Positions 56,701 through 64,000 of a stretch of 64,000 bases of DNA are shown in pieces. The notes under the pieces were generated by a model. The model had not been told where the DNA came from, did not search any database, and saw only the letters and a program-made list of their open reading frames with translations. The position numbers were made by a program, and so were the translations under genes. Source of the stretch: Blastocatellia bacterium (GTDB taxonomy: Bacteria; Acidobacteriota; Blastocatellia; UBA7656). The stretch is from positions 128,001 to 192,000 of the forward strand of contig CAVXWP010000001.1 of the NCBI GenBank assembly GCA_963765495.1. The letters are read 5' to 3'. Position 1 is the stretch's first letter, and every line of letters starts with the position of its first letter.

Positions 56701-56789
56701 ATGATGCGTGATGCGTGATGCGTGAAACACGTGATGAGCCCGTAGAAAGGCAAATACCTGACTAGTCACGCATCACGCATCGCGTATCA
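56701..56789. repeat. Heptamer-repeat palindrome, same family as 53349-53459
   Basis: GATGCGTGATGCGTGATGCGTGA...TCACGCATCACGCATC. Confidence 0.7.
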
Positions 56790-56792
56790 ACT

Positions 56793-56936
56793 TTAGTAGT
56801 GCGCGGGAGTCAGTTGTTTGCGCCCTTTTGCGCGGCGTCGCTTGATGACAAGCCTTCCGGCCTTTGTGCTCATACGCACACGGAACCCGTGAGTCTTGGC
56901 CCGGCGGCGGTTGTTGGGTTGAAATGTCCTCTTCAT
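56793..56936 (-). CDS. rpmH: 50S ribosomal protein L34 (not in the ORF track)
   Basis: [47 protein letters not shown]; GAGGTG RBS. Confidence 0.97.
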   Translation of the reverse strand: MKRTFQPNNRRRAKTHGFRVRMSTKAGRLVIKRRRAKGRKQLTPAHY

Positions 56937-57038
56937 ACCTGTTCACCTCTCTATAAACGTCTCTACAGAAAAGATTAAGCCTATCGGAATAAACAGGGGA
57001 TTGTCAAGGTTTGCCAAAGACGCCGCCCGCCCCGCCCG

Positions 57039-57200
57039 CAGGGTCATTCAGTTTTTGAATTGCGGGCAACATGCGTCAGGCGTTTTGCCAGGTTAAGTTG
57101 AATGCAAGGCGAATTGAAATAGGCCGCGGATAACGCGGATGCGACGGATTTTCGCGGATTAAATCCTATAGTGTCAGATCCGCGCCCGTCCCGGCCTATT
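57039..57200. repeat. Partial copy of the MITE-like element
   Basis: CAGGGTCATTCAGTTTT end and AATAGGCCGCGGATAACGCGGAT...CCGGCCTATT core shared with 58401-58623. Confidence 0.65.
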
Positions 57201-57609
57201 TTCACCCAAATTGATTTTCAATACTGTTGACGGACACTTGCCTGTTTGCCCGCCCGTATTTCTCAACCGGACTTTACTCGATTCTGGTCAGAATGAGGGA
57301 AATATTCGGGCATTTTGATTGATCCTTGCCAGCACGGATCATCCGGGGTAGCGGCTGTCAGACCGTCTGCTGCTTGCTCTCCGGCCGGTCAGACTCATTC
57401 TTCAACGACTGTTAAGATATTGTCGGCCAAAGAATAAGCCGAATAATCTTTAACCGGGAAACAGACCCCCGATGCGGAGTCGAGCCTGTAGGACAGGTTT
57501 CCCTGAAAAGCGGCACGTTGCTTGTTATTAATACAGTTGCCCCCGGTACCAGCGATTCATTACACGCGGATGCCCCCGAACCGAGCTTTGCTTAAAGAGC
57601 TATACAGAT

Positions 57610-58383
57610 ATGAATATGGAATGTAGCGCGCAGAGTAATCAGATGTTGACCTCCGTTGACATTGAAATATTGGCCGATCTGATTCTTGAGGAATCGGATC
57701 ACTATACGGTGCTGGGCGTGAACCGCGCCGCGTCTGTCAGTCAGATACACGAATCTTACTCTCTGGCGATCAATTCTTTTCACCCCTCGATTCGTGCCGA
57801 CATTACCGGCTCGAATCCCGTTATGCAATGGAAGCTGAGTCAGGTGATGAAGCGGATCAATGATGCTTACTCTACGCTATCGAATGAGCGTCGTAGAAAA
57901 GTCTATGACGATATGAGGAACTTCAGATTCGAATCTGATGATTTGATTGAGAGTTCACACGACGTATCGATGCTTTACGTAGAAAGCAAATGCAGATACA
58001 TCCAGAGCAAGCACATGGCAGCCGGATTAAAGCTGCCCGTCAACAAAACAAAGCTCGATCAGAGTAATGAGCCCCACAGCATTGGTTCAGGAGATGAAAG
58101 GCGACGGGTAGAGCGAGCGAGCCTGCGCCTGCCGGTACTTGTGAGATGCGATCAGATCAACTGGCAGGAGTTTGCCGAAAGCAGAGATGTCAGCCCTCTC
58201 GGAATCAGGTTCTCGGCATCGCGTCGCGTGGAGCCGGGCACAACCTTAAAGATAGAATTGCCCATGCCGAAAGACCTTCGAATACGCAGTTATGGCGAAA
58301 AGCTCTATCAGGTAGACGGCATAGTCATACGTTCTGTCGAGGACAAAATGGACTATGTCGTTGCGGCAGAGTTTCTATTTTAA
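57610..58383 (+). CDS. DnaJ-like domain + PilZ domain protein
   Basis: DHYTVLGV...FHPS...INDAYSTLSN..RRKVYD; ERRRVER and DVSPLG PilZ motifs. Confidence 0.8.
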   Translation: MNMECSAQSNQMLTSVDIEILADLILEESDHYTVLGVNRAASVSQIHESYSLAINSFHPSIRADITGSNPVMQWKLSQVMKRINDAYSTLSNERRRKVYDDMRNFRFESDDLIESSHDVSMLYVESKCRYIQSKHMAAGLKLPVNKTKLDQSNEPHSIGSGDERRRVERASLRLPVLVRCDQINWQEFAESRDVSPLGIRFSASRRVEPGTTLKIELPMPKDLRIRSYGEKLYQVDGIVIRSVEDKMDYVVAAEFLF

Positions 58384-58400
58384 TGGCCCTGGACTGAATG

Positions 58401-58623
58401 CAGGGTCATTCAGTTTTCCAATATGTAGAAAGGGATAAGGCGAATAGGCCGCGGATAACGCGGATCGGGCGGATTTTCGCGGATCTGAATATATAAGGTC
58501 TAATCCGCGTAGATCCGCCAAAATTCGCGTCCGTCCCGGCCTATTTCAACTCGCCTTTGCGTCAAATCAACCTCTAATATTTTTTCCGCTTATTGCCCTC
58601 AACTCAAGAACTGAATGGCCCTG
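58401..58623. mobile_element. MITE-like element with 15-bp TIRs and a 9-bp target duplication
   Basis: CAGGGTCATTCAGTT / AACTGAATGGCCCTG (14/15 match), flanked by GACTGAATG at 58392-58400 and 58624-58632; internal palindrome. Confidence 0.7.
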
Positions 58624-58735
58624 GACTGAATGGCCCTGCATCCTCGCACAGTTCTATTTTGACTGGCAATAAGAGATTATTTCTGTAGAATGTTCCACTG
58701 TATTCGGCTACCTTTCTTATAATTCGAGGGACACT

Positions 58736-60220
58736 ATGGCTACTCACTCCGAAGCCTCAGGCCCGGCTCGACCCGGTTTCGCCGAACTGAATGAAGACGT
58801 TTCTCACTCTTCACTGTGGAACCCGGACCTCGCGCCCACCACCATCAAAGAACGCACATGGACCACTTACAACATAGCCGCGCTCTGGATAGGAATGTCG
58901 GTGGTCATTACTACATACACGCTTGCGGGCGGGTTTATAGCGCAGGGCATGACGTGGTGGCAGGCGATGCTGACTATTTTGCTTGGCAACACGATAGTGC
59001 TGATACCGATGATTCTGAACGCGCACGCGGGCACGAAATACGGCATATCGTTTCCCGTGTTGTGCCGGGCGAGTTTCGGCACAAAAGGCGCAAACATCGC
59101 CGCGATGGCGCGCGCTATGGTCGCCTGCGGATGGTTCGGCATACAGACATGGATAGGTGGTACGGCGCTCGACGGGTTGATGAGGGTGATGTGGAGCGGG
59201 TGGAGCGCGGTCCCCTTTCACGAATTCATAATGTTTGGGCTGTTCTGGTTCATACAGGTGGCGATAATCATTCGCGGCATCGAAGGAATCAGGTATCTTG
59301 AAAGCTGGTCCGCGCCGCTCCTGCTTGTCGGGGGCGCTGTGCTTTTGTGGTGGGCTTCCTCCGAGGCGGGCGGGCTTGGCCGTGTGCTCGATTCTGTTTC
59401 ACTTCTTCGAAGCGAGGGGCAGAACGCGCCCTCGTTCTGGCGTATCTTTCCGCCCGCGCTTACCGCAAGCGTAGGCTACTGGGCAACGCTCAGCCTGAAC
59501 ATTCCAGACTTCACGCGCTATGCCCGCAGCCAGCGCTCGCAGGCGCTTGGTCAGGCGCTCGGGCTTCCGCTCACGATGACCGCCTTCGCCTTCATAGGCG
59601 TGGCTACCACATCGGCTACCGTGCTTATCTACGGACGAGCGATCCCCGACCCCGTTGAGCTTGTAGGCCAGTTCTCAAGCGTCATAATAGTTCTGTTTGC
59701 CACCATAGTGATTTTCGCCGCGCAGCTTTCCACAAACATGGCGGCAAACGTAGTCTCGCCTTCCAACGATTTTTCAAACCTCGACCCCAGGCGCATCTCG
59801 TATGTCACAGGCGGATTGATCACGGCAACTATAGGCATACTGATGATGCCCTGGTATCTATATCGCAGCAAAGCGGCTTATATCTTCACATGGCTGATCG
59901 GGTATTCGGGGCTGATGGGAGCGATAGCCGGGATAATGATCTGCGATTACTGGGTGATTCGTCGTCAGCAGTTGTCGCTCAAAGATCTGTTTCTCGAAGC
60001 GGGTCGCTATAGCTACGGCGGAGGCATAAACTGGCGGGCGGTTGTGGCCTTCGTCGTGGCCGTAGCGCCGGTAGTGCCGGGCTTTCTCCGCGCGGCGACG
60101 ACTGCCGGTGGAAGCGTTTCCGATCCGACCTTCTTCGACACCCTATACACTTATGCGTGGTTCGTCACCTTTGGCCTGGCATTCGTCATCTATTTCGCAC
60201 TGATGCGTAGAGAGGGTTAA
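58736..60220 (+). CDS. NCS1 family nucleobase:cation symporter
   Basis: GTKYGISFPVLCRASFG..GA, VACGWFGIQTW, WATLSLNIPDFTRY, TNMAANVVSP. Confidence 0.93.
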   Translation: MATHSEASGPARPGFAELNEDVSHSSLWNPDLAPTTIKERTWTTYNIAALWIGMSVVITTYTLAGGFIAQGMTWWQAMLTILLGNTIVLIPMILNAHAGTKYGISFPVLCRASFGTKGANIAAMARAMVACGWFGIQTWIGGTALDGLMRVMWSGWSAVPFHEFIMFGLFWFIQVAIIIRGIEGIRYLESWSAPLLLVGGAVLLWWASSEAGGLGRVLDSVSLLRSEGQNAPSFWRIFPPALTASVGYWATLSLNIPDFTRYARSQRSQALGQALGLPLTMTAFAFIGVATTSATVLIYGRAIPDPVELVGQFSSVIIVLFATIVIFAAQLSTNMAANVVSPSNDFSNLDPRRISYVTGGLITATIGILMMPWYLYRSKAAYIFTWLIGYSGLMGAIAGIMICDYWVIRRQQLSLKDLFLEAGRYSYGGGINWRAVVAFVVAVAPVVPGFLRAATTAGGSVSDPTFFDTLYTYAWFVTFGLAFVIYFALMRREG

Positions 60221-60287
60221 CGGGATTTTGAAAGATTAACAAGGTTTCCTTGAATCTTTCAAAATCCCGTTAACCCTCTCTACGCAT
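60203..60287. repeat. Perfect 35-bp inverted repeat with a 15-nt loop, overlapping the NCS1 stop codon
   Basis: ATGCGTAGAGAGGGTTAACGGGATTTTGAAAGATT (60203-60237) and its exact reverse complement (60253-60287). Confidence 0.9.
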
Positions 60288-60436
60288 ATCTCTTCGGGCG
60301 CAGAAACGGCTCTCAAGACCTCTGTTTGCGTATATACTGTTTTGTGGATTTTTCATATGTTTGCCGTGTGTGATAATTTTGTGCAAACTCACTCTGGTCG
60401 ATTTGAGCAGGCCGGTGAATTAATAAGGGGAGAAAG

Positions 60437-62653
60437 ATGAGACATTTGAGGCTGACAAAGCAGGGTTGGACCGCTATTTTACTGATCGCAATCGCGCTGT
60501 TGTCTGGACAGACGGCACGGGCCGACAATCCGCAAAAACGCGCCAAACCGCAAAAACGGGCCACTCCGCAAGCGGCTGCCAAACTGCAAAAGCCGGACCT
60601 TGTGATTCAAAACGGCCACTCCGCCAACATTACCTCTGTCGCCTTCAGCCCCGATGGACTGATGATCGCCTCGGGCAGCACCGACTACACAGTGAGGCTC
60701 TGGGATGCTGTAAAAGGGCGATTGATACGCGTTCTCGAAGGCCATTCCGATCACGTCACAAGCGTGGCTTTCAGCCCCGACGGAAAAGTTCTGGCATCGG
60801 GCAGCATGGATGCGACTATCGAATTATGGGATGTCGCGAGCGGCGCTTCAATCCTCACCATTGATGAAGAAACTTCTCCGATTCGCGCCGTAGCCTTCAG
60901 CCCCGATGGAAAGATCGTAGCTTCGGGCCAGTACGATAAGACGGTCAAGTTGTGGGACAGAGAGACGGGTGAGGAGATCAGCACGCTTGTGGGACACACG
61001 GCCTTTGTCAATTCGGTAGTCTTCAGCCCCAACGGAAAGACCATAGCTTCGGCAAGCGACGATAAAACCATCAGGCTATGGAATGTGGCTACAGGCGCGT
61101 CGATTCGCACGCTCACCGGGCACACGGCAGAAGTCCGCACCATCGCTTACAGTTCAGACGGCCAGACGCTTGTTTCGGCGAGCGAGGACAAGAGCATAAA
61201 ACTGTGGAATGCAAAGACCGGCGCTCTGGTTCGCACCTTCACCGGGCACAACACAGGCGTGCGCTCGGCTGCCTTCAGCCCTGACGGCAAGCTGATAGTT
61301 TCCGGGAGCGGGGATAAGACTGTAAGGTTCTGGGATGTTTCCACGGGCCGCCTTATTCACACCGTTGACGGGCCGAATAATACCGTCATCTCCGTAGCCT
61401 TCAGCCCTACCGGAAAAGCAGTGGCGTCGGCAAGCCTCAAGACGCTTTCGGTCTGGGATGTCGATGCGAGCAAGTTGATGTTCGATCTCGAAGGGCACTC
61501 TTTCGAAGCGAGCGCCGTGGTTTTCTCTCCCGATGGATCGAGCGTTGTGTCAGGGAGTCAGGATAAGACGATAAGGGTTTGGGACGCGGTAAACGGCCGC
61601 CTTCTTCGCAGTTCTTACGGCCACCTCGCCGGTATTCTTGCGCTAGCCTTCAGCCCCGATGGAAAGGTGGTCGCATCAGGCGGCATAGACGATACGATCA
61701 AGTTCTGGGACGCCGCCACAGGGAAATCGATTGGCACCATCAGCGGACATACTTTGGGCGTGCAGTCTCTCGCCTTCAGCCCCGACGGACAAACCATAGC
61801 CACAGGAGGCGGCGACCACGAGGTTAAACTCTGGGACGTGGCAACGGGTCGCCTCCTTCAAACCATGAAAGGCCATTACAGCCTGATCCAATCTGTAGCC
61901 TTCAGCCCCGACGGGCGTATGCTCGCATCGGCAAGCGTAGACAAGACCGCGCGAGTCTGGAATACATCAAACGGCGCACTTATCCGCACGCTCGAAGGCC
62001 ACACGGCCAAAGTAAACGCCGTGGCCTTCAGCCCCGACGGCAGGGTGCTCGCCTCGGGCAGTTCCGATAACACCATAATGCTTTGGGACAGCGCCTCCTG
62101 GCATCTGATCAATACGCTCAAGGGGAGTCACGCCGACGTTGAAGCCCTCGCCTTCAGCCCCAACGGGCATATGCTCGCCTCGGCCAATTTCGGCAAAACC
62201 ATCGAGCTATGGGATACCTCAGGCGGCGCGCTGCTCCGCACGCTCGCGGGGCACTCTTCCGATGTTCGCTCGGTAGCCTTCAGCCCTGACAGCAAGAGAA
62301 TCGCTTCGGTGAGCCTCGACACCACGACAAAAATCTGGCAGGCCGATACGGGCAAACTTCTTGTCTCGTTTATCGGATTTGAGGACGATAACTGGATAGC
62401 CTATACGCCCGACGGCTACTACAACGGGTCGGATAAGGCATCTCAATACGTGACGTGGCGAGTCGGGAATCGAGTCCTTGATTTCGATCAGTTCTTTGAG
62501 CGGTTCTTCCGCCCCGATGTAATTCAGCAGCTTCTCCAGGGCAAAAAAGTAGCAGCTACCTACACCATAACCAAAGGCGTCGCTCTGCCGCCCGAAGTAC
62601 CATCACCTCGCCCGAGCCGAATCAAACCTTCACCGATTCCGATCTGGAACTGA
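60437..62653 (+). CDS. Secreted WD40-repeat protein (14 repeats); C-terminus frameshifted at ~62600 and truncated
   Basis: Signal peptide; 14 GH...AFSPDG...WD units; WIAYTPDGYY; an Ig-like continuation (TITSP...ASDSGGG...RLYNNGK) in another frame to ~62797. Confidence 0.88.
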   Translation: MRHLRLTKQGWTAILLIAIALLSGQTARADNPQKRAKPQKRATPQAAAKLQKPDLVIQNGHSANITSVAFSPDGLMIASGSTDYTVRLWDAVKGRLIRVLEGHSDHVTSVAFSPDGKVLASGSMDATIELWDVASGASILTIDEETSPIRAVAFSPDGKIVASGQYDKTVKLWDRETGEEISTLVGHTAFVNSVVFSPNGKTIASASDDKTIRLWNVATGASIRTLTGHTAEVRTIAYSSDGQTLVSASEDKSIKLWNAKTGALVRTFTGHNTGVRSAAFSPDGKLIVSGSGDKTVRFWDVSTGRLIHTVDGPNNTVISVAFSPTGKAVASASLKTLSVWDVDASKLMFDLEGHSFEASAVVFSPDGSSVVSGSQDKTIRVWDAVNGRLLRSSYGHLAGILALAFSPDGKVVASGGIDDTIKFWDAATGKSIGTISGHTLGVQSLAFSPDGQTIATGGGDHEVKLWDVATGRLLQTMKGHYSLIQSVAFSPDGRMLASASVDKTARVWNTSNGALIRTLEGHTAKVNAVAFSPDGRVLASGSSDNTIMLWDSASWHLINTLKGSHADVEALAFSPNGHMLASANFGKTIELWDTSGGALLRTLAGHSSDVRSVAFSPDSKRIASVSLDTTTKIWQADTGKLLVSFIGFEDDNWIAYTPDGYYNGSDKASQYVTWRVGNRVLDFDQFFERFFRPDVIQQLLQGKKVAATYTITKGVALPPEVPSPRPSRIKPSPIPIWN

Positions 62654-63024
62654 CCGTACAGGCGAGCGACTCGGGCGGCGGTTTAGACGAAAGCAGGCTC
62701 TATAACAACGGCAAGGTTGTCGACACCGATTCGCGGGCGCTCGTCGTCAAGCGCGATCCTCAAAACAGGACCGTGACTTTAAGGCAAAATGGTTGACGCC
62801 GGTTTTCATCTTCAATGCTTATAGCTTCAGAAGCTTGCGAAATGTCTGAAAGCCGCATTGGTATTTCGACCATTTTGCGGTTTTGCCGGAGCGCGATTTC
62901 AAGACGGGCGCAACCCGACGGCGGCATTGCGAGTTGACATCCCGATATGACAAAGCTAAAGATAAAGTCAGACTCATTGAGAAATTTAATCGCCTTGAAG
63001 GGCGCGAGTCTGAGAGGGGATAAG

Positions 63025-64000
63025 GTGAAGCAGCGACATTTGGCCCAAAGGATTTTCCTTCAGCTCTTGATTATCGGAATCGTCTCTGGTTTTGGCGGGC
63101 TTGCGCGGGCCCAACGCCCGCGCAAGCCCGCCCCTCCAGCCAAGCGCGCGAAAACACCTCCCCCGCAATCCAAAAAGCCTTCGCCGCATGCCGAGAAGCC
63201 GATGCCGCCGTTGCCCAAGCCCGATCTGGTCATTCAAAGCGGACACGTTGACAATATCCGCGATGTTGTCTTTAGCCCTGACGGAAAGTTAGTGGCGTCA
63301 GCAAGCGCAGATAAGACCATCAGGTTATGGGAGGTCGAGACAGGTCACCTGCTGCGCGTTCTGGATTATCATCGCGACAGCGTCACCTCTATCGCCTTCA
63401 GTCCCGACGGAAAAACGATAGCCTCCGGAAGCCTGGATAAGACCGTCGCGATCTGTGATGTCAAAACTGGACGGCTGATCCACTCTCTGATCGATCACAG
63501 CGATGAAGTCGTCTCCGTGGCCTTCAGCCCGGACGGGAAAACTATCGCTTCCGGGAGCCGCGATAAGACCATAGATCTCTGGGACGCCAGCACCGGTGAA
63601 GTGATTCTGACCATCGACAACCCGGCTTCTGAAGCGCGCACGCTGGCCTTCAGCCCCGACGGGCAGATGCTTGCCTCGGGAAGCACGGATAAGATGCTGC
63701 GGCTCTGGCAGGTGGGTGACGGGCAGTTGATCCGCGCGCTGGAAGGCCACTCCGCCGCGATCCGTACGGTTGCCTTCAGCCCCGACGGACAGATGCTTGC
63801 TTCGGGCGGCGATGATCAAGCCATCAAACTCTGGAACGTCGAGAGCGGGCTGCTTCTCCGTACCCTTCAGGGGCATTCCAGCATCGTTACTTCTGTTGCC
63901 TTCAATCAGAGCGGGCAGTTGCTTTTCTCCGCGAGCTACGATAAAACGATCAGGGTTTGGGATATTCAAAGCGGCAAAACCGTCAACACGCTTACCGGGG
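63025..64000 (+). CDS. Second secreted WD40-repeat protein, runs off the window end (not in the ORF track)
   Basis: GTG start after GAGGGG; MKQRHLAQRIFLQLLIIGIVSG; Pro/Lys linker; KPDLVIQSGH; continuous AFSPDG repeats. Confidence 0.88.
   Translation, partial: MKQRHLAQRIFLQLLIIGIVSGFGGLARAQRPRKPAPPAKRAKTPPPQSKKPSPHAEKPMPPLPKPDLVIQSGHVDNIRDVVFSPDGKLVASASADKTIRLWEVETGHLLRVLDYHRDSVTSIAFSPDGKTIASGSLDKTVAICDVKTGRLIHSLIDHSDEVVSVAFSPDGKTIASGSRDKTIDLWDASTGEVILTIDNPASEARTLAFSPDGQMLASGSTDKMLRLWQVGDGQLIRALEGHSAAIRTVAFSPDGQMLASGGDDQAIKLWNVESGLLLRTLQGHSSIVTSVAFNQSGQLLFSASYDKTIRVWDIQSGKTVNTLTG

Noticed and set aside
57290-57600. Riboswitch or sigma-54 promoter upstream of the J/PilZ gene
   Set aside because: The GGGAAAC...GTTTCCC stem matches no riboswitch I recognise, and GGCACG-N4-TTGT lacks the conserved -12 GC.
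60600-64000. Regularly spaced GCCTTCAGCCC nucleotide repeats
   Set aside because: They are fully explained by the AFSPDG motif of the WD40 repeats.

Overview
The window has three parts. (1) 1-40.5 kb is a ~20-22 kb tandem duplication of one module. An EcfK-like ECF sigma factor and a membrane Ser/Thr kinase-TPR gene sit on the + strand. Divergent from them is a secreted-protein cluster: a GH-like/IPT protein, a CSLREA/choice-of-anchor-Q/HYR protein and a giant FG-GAP/CSLREA/beta-helix protein ending in a C25 (gingipain-like) peptidase. The two copies are mosaics of near-identical frames and divergent cores, share a 42-bp upstream motif and carry several single-base frameshifts. Copy 2 also contains a DUF433/DUF433/DUF5615 toxin-antitoxin-like insert. 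(2) 40.6-51.9 kb is a decaying integron-type cassette array (85-bp attC sites, no intI seen) disrupted by IS5, IS701, ISKra4, IS110 and IS4 elements. It ends in an integrase/excisionase relic next to mnmE. The IS110 non-coding end contains short matches to its own target and donor junctions, as expected of a bridge RNA. (3) 52-64 kb is core genome: mnmE, jag, yidC, yidD, rnpA and rpmH (no adjacent dnaA), a J-like/PilZ protein, a MITE, an NCS1 transporter and two secreted WD40 proteins. Gene content suggests Acidobacteriota (inference only). All domain calls come from motif recognition by eye; no searches were run.
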